From Rhodobacter capsulatus SB 1003 (lineage in GTDB: Bacteria; Pseudomonadota; Alphaproteobacteria; Rhodobacterales; Rhodobacteraceae), in the NCBI RefSeq assembly GCF_000021865.1, contig NC_014034.1, positions 510,001-542,000 of the forward strand: a DNA stretch of 32,000 nucleotides, written 5' to 3'. Within the stretch, counting starts at the first letter, position 1; every line of letters begins with the position of its first letter. Below are positions 1-7,765 of the stretch, piece by piece. Position numbers and translations under genes: made by a program. The notes under the pieces are model-generated. The model saw nothing but the letters and a program-made list of their open reading frames with translations, did no database searches and had not been told where the DNA came from.

Positions 1-92
1 CGATCAGTTCTGAGCGGCAGGGGATTTCGCCCCGGGCTTGCGCCCGGGGCGACCCGCCGGGGGCTCCGCCCCCGGACCCCCTGACTTCAGAT

Positions 93-116
93 GCGTATTT
101 GAGCCAAGAAAAAGCC
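93..116. repeat. Copy of a short dispersed intergenic motif (TATTT-N4-CCAAGAA-type), preceded by GC-rich REP-like hairpins
   Basis: The sequence gcgtatttgagccaagaaaaagcc matches 1742-1766 (gcgtatttgggccaagaagaaacgg) at 21 of 25 positions, counted by eye. It is preceded by the hairpins gccccggg-cttgcg-cccggggc and ggggg-ctccg-ccccc (about 27-77). Confidence 0.5.
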
Positions 117-145
117 GACAGGCGCTTTTGAGGTTCGGAAATTGA

Positions 146-179
146 AAAGGGGCCCTGCCGTCACCGGAAGGGCCCCTTT
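146..179 (-). terminator. Hairpin terminator downstream of the DUF1013 gene
   Basis: There is a perfect 10-bp stem, aaaggggccc (146-155) pairing with gggccccttt (170-179), around a 14-nt loop. On the minus strand it is followed by TTTTCAATTT. It lies about 20 nt past the stop codon at 200-202. Confidence 0.6.
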
Positions 180-199
180 CCTTGGAAACGGCGCGGCGC

Positions 200-1036
200 T
201 CAGCGGCGCGGATCGTCGCTCTCGTCTTCGTCCTCGTCGTCGTCGCCATGCGGCAGGTTGAAGAAGCTGTCGGCATCCGAGAAGTCTTTCGGATCCTCGG
301 CCTCTTCCTCGCGCGGGTCGAGGCCGAAGCCCTCGATCCCGGTGCCGGGCAGGCGCGGCTCGGTGGTCATGCCGAGGCTCTGTTCGGTCGAGACCAGCTT
401 GCGGCGCTCGTCATCGCTCATCACGCCTTCGGCAGCGCGTTTCTTCGCGGCTTTCTGCACTTCGCTGTCGAGTTCGGACTGACGGCACAGGCCCAGCGCC
501 ACCGGGTCGATTGCGGTCATCGAGCCGATGTTCCAATGCGTGCGTTCGCGGATCGAGGCGATCGTCGGTTTCGTCGTGCCCACCAGACGGGCGATCTGCG
601 CATCGGCGAGTTCCGGGTGGAACTTGACCAGCCACAGGATCGCATTCGGCCGGTCCTGGCGTTTCGAGAGCGGCGTGTAGCGCGGGCCGCGGCGCTTGTC
701 CTCGCCCACGGCGGCGGCGTTGAATTTCAGCCGCAGCTTGTAAAGCGGGTCCTTCTCGCCCTTCTCGATCTCGCGCGGGTCAAGCTGGTTCGAGCCGACC
801 GGATCAAAGCCCTTGACGCCAACCGCCACGTCGCCGTCGGCAATCCCCTGCACCTCGAGTTCATGCATGCCGCAGAAATCGGCGATCTGTTTGAAGGTCA
901 GGGTCGTATTGTCCACGAGCCAAACGGCGGTGGCTTCGCCATCAGGGGCTTGTTCGTCATCGGAGCGATCCTTTACACATATCTCTCCCGGGCCGAGAAA
1001 CCGGCTGCGGCCCGGTTCCCCCCGGCCGCGGTCCAT
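200..1036 (-). CDS. DUF1013 family protein (TrcR-like cell-cycle transcriptional regulator of alphaproteobacteria)
   Basis: The 278-aa ORF carries the family hallmark stretches ATAVWLVDNTTLTFKQIADFCGMHELEVQGIADG and LVGTTKPTIASIRERTHWN. It ends in a strongly acidic tail (DDDEDEDESDD). The only in-frame start upstream of the conserved block is the ATG at 1036, which has no obvious SD, so the start is uncertain. Confidence 0.8.
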   Translation of the reverse strand: MDRGRGEPGRSRFLGPGEICVKDRSDDEQAPDGEATAVWLVDNTTLTFKQIADFCGMHELEVQGIADGDVAVGVKGFDPVGSNQLDPREIEKGEKDPLYKLRLKFNAAAVGEDKRRGPRYTPLSKRQDRPNAILWLVKFHPELADAQIARLVGTTKPTIASIRERTHWNIGSMTAIDPVALGLCRQSELDSEVQKAAKKRAAEGVMSDDERRKLVSTEQSLGMTTEPRLPGTGIEGFGLDPREEEAEDPKDFSDADSFFNLPHGDDDEDEDESDDPRR

Positions 1037-1093
1037 TTCTGGTGGGGAATTGCCGGTTTATATAGGGCCGAATGGCTGCGGAGGAAAGAGAAA

Positions 1094-1729
1094 ATGCGCG
1101 TTTTCGCCATTTGTGCCGCCTGTCTGCTGGCCTGTCCGGCCTTTGCCGGGGGCGAGCGGGCGGGGCGGTTCGATTATTACCTCCTGGCGCTGAGCTGGTC
1201 GCCCGGCTGGTGCGCGACCGAGGGCAGGGACCGGGCGGCGCGGCAATGCGATCCGGGCAGCGGCGCCGGTTTCGTCCTGCACGGGCTCTGGCCGCAGTTC
1301 GAGGCGGGCTGGCCGCGCGACTGTCGCAGTTCCCTGCGCGATCCCTCGCGCGCGGAGACGGCGGCGATGGCGGATGTCATGGGGTCGGATGGTGCGGCCT
1401 GGCATCAGTGGAAGAAGCACGGCCGCTGTTCCGGGCTTTCGGCCGCGGAGTATTTCACGACGGCGCGGCAGGCCTATGCGAGCGTCGCCATTCCCGTTGC
1501 GTTTCAGCAGCTTGCGCAGGATGTCCGGCTGTCGGCCGCCGCCGTCGAACAGGCGTTTCTGACCGCCAATCCGCGGCTTTCGCCCGAGATGGTGACGGTG
1601 ACCTGCACGGGCGAGCGGATCGATGACGTCCGAATCTGCCTGACGAAGGATCTGGAGCCGCGGCCTTGCGGGGCGGATGTGCGGCGCGATTGCCGCAAGC
1701 AAGATGCGCTGATGGAGCGCGTGCGATAG
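1094..1729 (+). CDS. Ribonuclease T2 family protein (secreted)
   Basis: The internal ATG at 1094 follows the purine-rich sequence ggaggaaagagaaa. The N-terminus MRVFAICAACLLACPAFAGG is a signal peptide. Both RNase T2 catalytic blocks are present: FVLHGLWPQ (CAS I) and WHQWKKHGRC (CAS II). The 182-1093 part of the tracked ORF is antisense to the DUF1013 gene. Confidence 0.85.
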   Translation: MRVFAICAACLLACPAFAGGERAGRFDYYLLALSWSPGWCATEGRDRAARQCDPGSGAGFVLHGLWPQFEAGWPRDCRSSLRDPSRAETAAMADVMGSDGAAWHQWKKHGRCSGLSAAEYFTTARQAYASVAIPVAFQQLAQDVRLSAAAVEQAFLTANPRLSPEMVTVTCTGERIDDVRICLTKDLEPRPCGADVRRDCRKQDALMERVR

Positions 1730-1730
1730 G

Positions 1731-1800
1731 CGCCGGAAAGGGCGTATTTGGGCCAAGAAGAAACGGCAGGGTTTTCCCGGGCCAATCGCCCTTTCCGGCG
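1731..1800. repeat. Perfect 14-bp inverted repeat with a 42-nt spacer between convergent genes
   Basis: The arms cgccggaaagggcg (1731-1744) and cgccctttccggcg (1787-1800) are exact reverse complements. The spacer carries the dispersed motif gcgtatttgggccaagaagaaacgg. The element lies between the RNase T2 stop (1729) and the qor stop (1808) and probably acts as a bidirectional terminator. Confidence 0.6.
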
Positions 1801-1807
1801 GGCGTTC

Positions 1808-2797
1808 TCAGGACAGGCGCAGCACGATCTTGCCGATATGGGCGCTGGTTTCCATCCGCGCATGGGCGGCGGCGGCCTCTTCCAGCGCGAAGCTGCTGTC
1901 GTGAATCACCTTCACCTGGCCCGCTTCGATCATCGGCCAGACCCGGGCGCGCAACTGCCTTGCGATCTCGGCCTTGGCGATGTCCGATTGCGGGCGCAGC
2001 GTCGCGCCGGTGAGGGTCAGGCGGCGCAGCATCACCTGCGCGAAGTTGATCTCGGCTTTCGCGCCCTCCAGAAAGGCGATGAAGACCAGCCGGCCGTCAT
2101 CGGCCAAAGCCTTGATGTTGCGCGCGATATAGCTGCCCCCCACCATGTCGAGGATCAGGTTCGCCCCCCCCTCGGCGCGCAGGATCTCGGCGAAATCGGC
2201 CTCGCGGTAGTTGATGGCGGTGGCGCCGAGGGCGGCGCAGGCGACGCATTTTTCGGCGCTGCCCGCGGTGGCCCAGACCCGGGCGCCGAGCGCGCGGGCA
2301 ATCTGGATCGCCGTCGTGCCGATGCCCGAAGAGCCGCCGTGCACGAGGAAACGCTCGCCCGCGGTCAGGCCGCCGCGCATCACCACGGTCGACCAGACGG
2401 TGAAACAGGTCTCGGGCAGGCAGGCGGCGTCGCGCAGGCTGAGGCCCGCGGGGACGGGCAGGGCATGGGCGGCGGGGCAGGTGGCATAATCGGCATAGCC
2501 GCCGCCCGGCAAAAGTGCGCAGACCGGATCGCCGACCGCCCAGCCCGTGACCCCGGGGCCCAGCGCCGCGACATGGCCCGAGCATTCAAGCCCGGGCAGG
2601 TCCGAGGCGCCCGGAGGGGCCTTGTAGGCGCCCGCGCGTTGCAGCGCATCGGGGCGGTTCACCCCGGCAAAGGCGATCTCGATCAGGATCTCGCCCGGAC
2701 CCGGCACCGGCACGGCGCGGCTTGCCAGTTTCAGCACCTCGGGGCCGCCGGGGGCGGCGATCTCGATGCAGCGCATCACCTGCGGCAGGGCGTTCAC
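1808..2797 (-). CDS. qor: NAD(P)H:quinone oxidoreductase, zinc-independent MDR (PIG3/zeta-crystallin type)
   Basis: The 329-aa ORF opens with MNALPQVMRCIEIAAPGGPEVLKL and contains VNRPDALQRAGAYKAPPGASDLPGLECSG and a GGSSGIG nucleotide-binding loop. The start is a GTG at 2797-2795 that overlaps the upstream stop codon (GTGA). An ATG at 2776 is an alternative start. Confidence 0.85.
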   Translation of the reverse strand: MNALPQVMRCIEIAAPGGPEVLKLASRAVPVPGPGEILIEIAFAGVNRPDALQRAGAYKAPPGASDLPGLECSGHVAALGPGVTGWAVGDPVCALLPGGGYADYATCPAAHALPVPAGLSLRDAACLPETCFTVWSTVVMRGGLTAGERFLVHGGSSGIGTTAIQIARALGARVWATAGSAEKCVACAALGATAINYREADFAEILRAEGGANLILDMVGGSYIARNIKALADDGRLVFIAFLEGAKAEINFAQVMLRRLTLTGATLRPQSDIAKAEIARQLRARVWPMIEAGQVKVIHDSSFALEEAAAAHARMETSAHIGKIVLRLS

Positions 2798-3474
2798 GGC
2801 GTTTCCCCCCGGGCCGAAAGGCTGCCGGGCGCGGTCCTCGGCTCTGGCGCGCGAATCGTATCCAGGACACCGCGCAGGCCGGGCAGGCGCAAAAGCCCGC
2901 CCTTGATCTTTTCGAACTGCAGCACATTCTCGATCCGGTGATCGAGGAAGGCCCAGGTGTCGGCATGATCGGGGCTTTCGTCGCCGATCCAGAACAGCAC
3001 CGTCGCCGAAAACACGCCCGAAAGCGTCAGGCGTTTCGAATACCAGTTGTAATCGCGGCTTTCATCGCCAAGGCCCAGCCAGATCGTGTCGGCGGTTTCC
3101 CAGACCAGCCGCCCGCCAAGCGCCATGTTCTGCGGCAGGGCAAAGGCGGAACTGGCGCGGCGGACGAGTTCCGCATCGACCAGCCCGATCCGCATCCGCA
3201 CCGCCGCCGCCACCTTGTCGCGGAAGCGAAGCCCCTGAAACTCCTGCGCTTTCAGGGCTTCGGCCAAGGCCCGGTCGGCGGCGCGGTGATAGTCCGCCGC
3301 CAGATCGATGGCGCCGCGCGGGCAGACCAGACGCGCCAGCGTCGGATCAACGCCGATATCGGTCACCGCCGCCGCAAAGGCCGGATCGGACCAGCCATCG
3401 AAAGGCACATGCGGGGTGATCGCCTCGAGCAGCTCGGCCCGCAGGCGCGATGCCTCCAAATGGTCGTTTTTCAT
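2794..3474 (-). CDS. COQ9 family protein (the 'rpsU-divergently transcribed protein' family)
   Basis: The 226-aa ORF contains PHVPFDGWS, a RMRIGLV-type helix and DESRDYNWYSKRLTLSGVFSATVLFW, all typical of bacterial COQ9-like proteins. Its position divergent from rpsU is the conserved alphaproteobacterial arrangement. Confidence 0.8.
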   Translation of the reverse strand: MKNDHLEASRLRAELLEAITPHVPFDGWSDPAFAAAVTDIGVDPTLARLVCPRGAIDLAADYHRAADRALAEALKAQEFQGLRFRDKVAAAVRMRIGLVDAELVRRASSAFALPQNMALGGRLVWETADTIWLGLGDESRDYNWYSKRLTLSGVFSATVLFWIGDESPDHADTWAFLDHRIENVLQFEKIKGGLLRLPGLRGVLDTIRAPEPRTAPGSLSARGETP

Positions 3475-3579
3475 TGCTTTTCCCTTGCGCGGCAGCGGTG
3501 GACAAATGTCCGGACCTTTGCTATATGGCCGCTTCCTGCAAACTGATGCAACTCAAACTTAGGAAGGTGGTGACACCAC

Positions 3580-3786
3580 ATGCAGGTCAGCGTTCGCGAC
3601 AACAACGTCGAACAAGCGCTTCGTGCCCTGAAGAAAAAACTTCAGCGCGAGGGGGTTTTTCGCGAAATGAAGCTCAAGCAGCATTTCGAAAAGCCGTCCG
3701 TGAAGAAAGCGCGCGAGAAAGCTGAAGCCGTTCGCCGTGCCCGTAAACTGGCGCGGAAGAAAGCTCAGCGCGAAGGCGCACTTTAA
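3580..3786 (+). CDS. rpsU: 30S ribosomal protein S21
   Basis: The 68-aa product is [56 protein letters not shown]. An SD (aggaaggtgg) lies upstream of the start. Confidence 0.97.
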   Translation: MQVSVRDNNVEQALRALKKKLQREGVFREMKLKQHFEKPSVKKAREKAEAVRRARKLARKKAQREGAL

Positions 3787-5602
3787 GAGGCGTTTGATAA
3801 CGCTGGCGGGCTTGCCCGCACCGCAAACCCCCGTGGCCCTGCCGACGGGGGTTTTTGGTTTTGGGGGCTTTGGTTTCGGCGGGGCTTGCCGGGCTCAGGC
3901 GACCCGGCGCGGCGCAGAGGCCAGGGCTTCGGTGCGAAACAAGCACCATCGCCTCGCGCAGTTGCGCCGACATGCCCGACAGCACCCGGCTTGCCGCCGT
4001 CGTTTCCTCGAACATCGCCACGTTCTGCTGCGTCACCGCGTCGAGCTGTTCGACCGAGCCGTTGATCTCGGTCAGGGCACGCGACTGTTCCTCGGCCGAG
4101 CGGGCGATTTCGGCCACCCGGGCCGAGATGTTTTCCACCGCCGACACGATGCTGTCGAGCGTGGTGACCATCTGGTTCACCAGATCCACCCCGGTCTTCA
4201 CCTGCCGTTCCGACGACTGGATCAGCGTCGAGATCTCGCGCGCCGAGGCCGAGGAGCGCTGGGCAAGGTCGCGCACCTCCGAGGCGACGACGGCAAAGCC
4301 GCGTCCGGCCTCACCCGCCCGGGCGGCTTCCACCCCGGCATTCAGCGCCAGCAGGTTGGTCTGGAAGGCGATGTCGTCGATGACCGAGGTGATCGAGGCG
4401 ATCTGATGCGAGCTTTGTTCGATCTCGCCCATCGCCTGGATCGAGGCGTTGACGACATGGGTGCTGTCGCGGGCCATCTTTTCCGCCGCCTGCGCCGCCT
4501 GCGCGGCCGCGGTCGCCATCTGCGCGGCCGAGCCCACCGAACTGGACAATTCGTTCATCGCCGCGGCGGTATTGGCCAGCGCATGCGCCTGCCGCTCGGT
4601 GCGGGAGGACAGGTTTTCCGAGGCCGAGGTGATGTCGGCGATCTGCGCGGTGATCTCCTCGGAACAGGAGAGCGCCACCCCGATCGCCTGCGCCAGCTGC
4701 GTCACGGCGGCGTTGAAATCTTCGCTGAGCGAGCCGTAATCGCCGCCCTCGATCCGCGCCAGCCGCACGGTCAGATCGCCGTTCGACAGCGCCCGCAGCA
4801 CCTCGCGCAGGCGGGTGACGACCGCTTCCTGCCGCGCGGCATGGGCGGTGCGTTCGTCGGAAAGACGGGCCGAGGCCTCGATCGCGCGGGCATTCGCCTC
4901 GGCGGCGGCGCGGGCGGTTTCCTCGGCCTCGGCGCGCAGCTTCCCGGCGTCTTGCGCCACCTTTTCGGATTCGCGGCGGCGGCTTTCGGCCTGCGCCGCC
5001 GCTTCCTCGGCACGCCGTTGCGCGGCCTCGGCGCTTTGCGACATCTGCTGCACGCTCTCGAGCTGGGCGGAGAGCGACGCCTCCATCCGCTGGCGATAGA
5101 TCACGCTGGCGATCAGCACCGCGGTTTCCGCCACCACCACCGCGCCGTGAAACAGGGTGCGCAGGAGGTTCGGCCAAAGTTCGGCGCTGGGATAGACGAG
5201 GCCTGGCAGCAGAACGCTGAGCGCCAGGTGATGCAGCGCGATCGTCGCGGCCGAGATCAGCAGCACGCGCACATCGACCATCGCCGCCAGTGCCGCCAGA
5301 ACGGCGAAATAGGTCATGTGGCTGTCGATCTGCCAGGGATGCCCGGAAAGCGCCGCGGTGAAGGCGATGGCCTGCCCCACCAGCCCCTGTGCGACCAGCG
5401 TCCGCCCGCTCGGGGTGTCGCCGCGCAGGGCGCCAAGCCCCGCCACCGCCGCGAAACTCCAGGCGATCAGCGGGGCGGCGACGGCGGCCGTGCCGACCAG
5501 AAGCGCGACGCCGGTGACCAGCACGGCACAGGCGAGCGTCGCGATCAGGAACAGCCGCAGCCGCATCGAGATCCCGTCCTGCTTCGTCGCGGGGGTCTGC
5601 AT
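3674..5602 (-). CDS. Methyl-accepting chemotaxis protein with a multi-TM N-terminal module; 3' end doubtful
   Basis: The conserved MCP signalling hairpin [40 protein letters not shown] is present. I place the start at ATG 5602 ([10 protein letters not shown]), which is preceded by GGAGAA. About six hydrophobic helices are followed by a long coiled coil. The in-frame stop at 3674 would make the gene run through the rpsU terminator and 113 nt into rpsU. An alternative frame stops at 3895-3897 (see findings). Confidence 0.85.
   Translation of the reverse strand: MQTPATKQDGISMRLRLFLIATLACAVLVTGVALLVGTAAVAAPLIAWSFAAVAGLGALRGDTPSGRTLVAQGLVGQAIAFTAALSGHPWQIDSHMTYFAVLAALAAMVDVRVLLISAATIALHHLALSVLLPGLVYPSAELWPNLLRTLFHGAVVVAETAVLIASVIYRQRMEASLSAQLESVQQMSQSAEAAQRRAEEAAAQAESRRRESEKVAQDAGKLRAEAEETARAAAEANARAIEASARLSDERTAHAARQEAVVTRLREVLRALSNGDLTVRLARIEGGDYGSLSEDFNAAVTQLAQAIGVALSCSEEITAQIADITSASENLSSRTERQAHALANTAAAMNELSSSVGSAAQMATAAAQAAQAAEKMARDSTHVVNASIQAMGEIEQSSHQIASITSVIDDIAFQTNLLALNAGVEAARAGEAGRGFAVVASEVRDLAQRSSASAREISTLIQSSERQVKTGVDLVNQMVTTLDSIVSAVENISARVAEIARSAEEQSRALTEINGSVEQLDAVTQQNVAMFEETTAASRVLSGMSAQLREAMVLVSHRSPGLCAAPGRLSPASPAETKAPKTKNPRRQGHGGLRCGQARQRYQTPLKVRLRAELSSAPVYGHGERLQLSRALSSRTAFRNAA
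3828..3856 (+). terminator. Rho-independent terminator of rpsU
   Basis: The stem cccccgt (3828-3834) pairs with acggggg (3845-3851) and is followed by TTTTT (3852-3856). Confidence 0.8.
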
Positions 5603-5603
5603 G

Positions 5604-5894
5604 TCAGTATTCTCCACAAAATTGGGCAACGGCGGCGGCATCGAGGACCGCCCAGGCCCCCGCCGCGGCAAGGCGCTGCGCGGCGTCCGGCGCCGTCGCG
5701 GTGACCAGATGTCCGAGGGGGGCCTCTGTCGGGCCGATCAGGCGGGCCCCCGCCCGTTCCGCCACCAGATCGGCGCTGCGCCAGGGGGGAACGACCATGA
5801 CCCAGGGACCGGCGCCCGATGCCTTGACATCAAGCAGCGTCGTCGCCGGGGCGATCGTGATCGAGAGAGCCAGAACCAGAAATTCGAGTCGCAT
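5604..5894 (-). CDS. Hypothetical small secreted protein, translationally coupled to the MCP
   Basis: The 96-aa ORF has high third-position GC and a GGAGG five nt upstream of its ATG. The N-terminus [19 protein letters not shown] is signal-like. Its stop (5606-5604) is one nt from the MCP ATG, and the MCP SD lies inside its 3' end. I recognise no family for it. Confidence 0.6.
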   Translation of the reverse strand: MRLEFLVLALSITIAPATTLLDVKASGAGPWVMVVPPWRSADLVAERAGARLIGPTEAPLGHLVTATAPDAAQRLAAAGAWAVLDAAAVAQFCGEY

Positions 5895-5947
5895 CGGGAC
5901 CTCCGCCGCCAGCTTAGGCGAAAGCCCTTAACAACCGATGTCCGGGG

Positions 5948-6406
5948 TCAGATCGGCAGCGCCGTCGTCTTGAAGACGGTGCGCAGCGCGAAGGAGCTTT
6001 GCATCCCCTGCACCCCCGGCAGCCGCGCCAGTTTCGAGCGGTGGATGCGGGCGAAATCCTCGGTATCCTCGGCCACGACCTTGAGCAGGTAATCGGCCGA
6101 GCCCGCCATCAGATGGCATTCGAGCACGTCGGGGATCTTTTTCACCTCGCGTTCGAAGGCTTCCAGAACTTCGTCGGCCTGGCCCGACAGCGTGATCTCG
6201 ACGAAGACGGTGGTCGGGCGGCCCAGACGGCGGGCATCGAGCAGCGCGACATAGTCGCGGATGTAGCCCTCCTCCTCCAGCCGTTGCACCCGGCGATGAC
6301 AGGCCGAGGCGGAGAGGTTGACCCGTTCGGACAGTTCCGCGTTCGAGATCCGCCCCTGTTTTTGCAGCACGGTCAGGATGCGGCGATCTGTGGCGTCAAG
6401 GGTCAT
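5948..6406 (-). CDS. Lrp/AsnC family transcriptional regulator
   Basis: The 152-aa product from the internal ATG at 6406 reads MTLDATDRRILTVLQKQGRISNAELSERVNLSASACHRRVQRLEEEGYI, an HTH_AsnC domain, followed by a RAM domain. It is divergent from ald. Confidence 0.9.
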   Translation of the reverse strand: MTLDATDRRILTVLQKQGRISNAELSERVNLSASACHRRVQRLEEEGYIRDYVALLDARRLGRPTTVFVEITLSGQADEVLEAFEREVKKIPDVLECHLMAGSADYLLKVVAEDTEDFARIHRSKLARLPGVQGMQSSFALRTVFKTTALPI

Positions 6407-6545
6407 GGGCGCGCAAGTTTCTTCGAAGGTTTCGTTGATTGGCGGAAGATATGCGCGCAGAAATGGGGGTGTTGCAAGCATATTTGAACGCATTTTTCAT
6501 GCCAACAAGCGCAGAGTGAGCGCAGAAATGGCAGGGAGGAACGCC

Positions 6546-7664
6546 ATGAAGATCGGATGCGTGAAAGAGATCAAGGCACAGGAATTCCGGGTCGGCATGA
6601 CCCCGGCGGCAGCGCGGGAGGCGGTGGCGCAGGGGCATGCGGTCTTGATCGAGACCGGGGCGGGGCTGGGCGCGGGCTTTGCCGATGCCGATTATGTCGC
6701 CGCCGGGGCGGCGATCGCGGCGGATGCCGCGACGGTCTGGGCCGAGGCCGAGATGGTGGTCAAGGTGAAGGAACCGCAGGCCGCAGAGCGGGCGCAACTG
6801 CGCCCCGGGCAGGTGCTGTTCACCTATCTGCATCTGGCGCCCGATCCGGAACAGACCGCGGATCTGCTGAAATCCGGGGCCACCTGCATCGCCTATGAGA
6901 CCGTGACCGACCGGATGGGCGGGCTGCCGCTTCTGGCGCCGATGTCCGAGGTGGCGGGGCGGCTGGCGCCGCAGGTAGGCTCCTGGGCGCTGCAAAAGGC
7001 CAATGGCGGGCGCGGCGTGCTGATGGGCGGCGTGCCCGGGGTGCGTCCGGCCAATGTGGTGATCATCGGCGGCGGCGTCGTCGGCACGGCCGCCGCGCGG
7101 GTGGCGACCGGGATGGGGGCGCATGTGACGGTGCTCGACCGCTCGATCCCGCGGCTGAGCTATCTCGACGATGTCTTCATGGGGCGGCTGACGACGCAAT
7201 ATTCCGACCGCGCCGCGACGGAGGAGCTGATCCGGGACGCCGACATGGTGATTGGCGCGGTGCTGGTGCCGGGGGCGGCGGCGCCGAAGCTGGTCAGCCG
7301 CGCGATGCTGGCGACGATGAAGCCGGGCGCGGTGCTGGTCGATGTGGCGATCGATCAGGGCGGCTGCTTCGAGACCTCGCATGCCACGACGCATCAGGAC
7401 CCGATCTACGAAGTGGATGGCATCATTCACTATTGCGTGGCGAACATGCCGGGCGCCGTGGCCCGGACCTCCACCCAGGCGCTGGGCAATGCGACGCTGC
7501 CCTTCCTGCTCGCGCTGGCGAACAAGGGCTGGCGGCAGGCCTGCGGTGATGACCCGCATCTTCTGGCCGGGCTCAATGTCCATGCGGGCCGGATCACCTG
7601 TGCCCCGGTCGGCGCGGCGCAGGGGCTGACCGCGATCGACCCGGTGACGGCGCTGAAGCTCTGA
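6546..7664 (+). CDS. ald: Alanine dehydrogenase
   Basis: The 372-aa product starts MKIGCVKEIKAQEFRVGMTPAAAREAV. It contains a Rossmann motif VVIIGGGVVGTAAA and the stretch VLVDVAIDQGGCFETSHATTH. An SD (gggagga) lies upstream of the start. Confidence 0.95.
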   Translation: MKIGCVKEIKAQEFRVGMTPAAAREAVAQGHAVLIETGAGLGAGFADADYVAAGAAIAADAATVWAEAEMVVKVKEPQAAERAQLRPGQVLFTYLHLAPDPEQTADLLKSGATCIAYETVTDRMGGLPLLAPMSEVAGRLAPQVGSWALQKANGGRGVLMGGVPGVRPANVVIIGGGVVGTAAARVATGMGAHVTVLDRSIPRLSYLDDVFMGRLTTQYSDRAATEELIRDADMVIGAVLVPGAAAPKLVSRAMLATMKPGAVLVDVAIDQGGCFETSHATTHQDPIYEVDGIIHYCVANMPGAVARTSTQALGNATLPFLLALANKGWRQACGDDPHLLAGLNVHAGRITCAPVGAAQGLTAIDPVTALKL

Positions 7665-7669
7665 TCTCT

Positions 7670-7701
7670 CCCCTGTTCCGGCGTGCATGTCGGAACAGGG
7701 G
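7670..7701 (+). terminator. Hairpin terminator after ald
   Basis: The stem cccctgttccg (7670-7680) pairs with cggaacagggg (7691-7701) around a 10-nt loop. The T-tract is weak. Confidence 0.55.
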
Positions 7702-7765
7702 CTGTTCGCGGCTGCGGCTTGCGCGCGGGCGGATTTCGGGCAGGCTGGTCCGACAGGAGGCCCCC

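Noticed and set aside
182-1093. N-terminal 300 aa of the 515-aa ORF that ends as RNase T2
   Set aside because: This part is antisense to the DUF1013 gene and has junk composition. The RNase T2 domain begins with its own ATG, SD-like purine tract and signal peptide at 1094.
5603-5671. Longer MCP start at 5671 ([10 protein letters not shown]..)
   Set aside because: It would overlap the upstream small ORF by 68 nt and has no SD. ATG 5602 has GGAGAA at the right spacing and abuts the upstream stop.
3737-5704. 655-aa plus-strand ORF opposite the MCP gene
   Set aside because: It has an antisense-frame composition rich in R/G/H/D. The minus strand carries the conserved MCP signalling hairpin.
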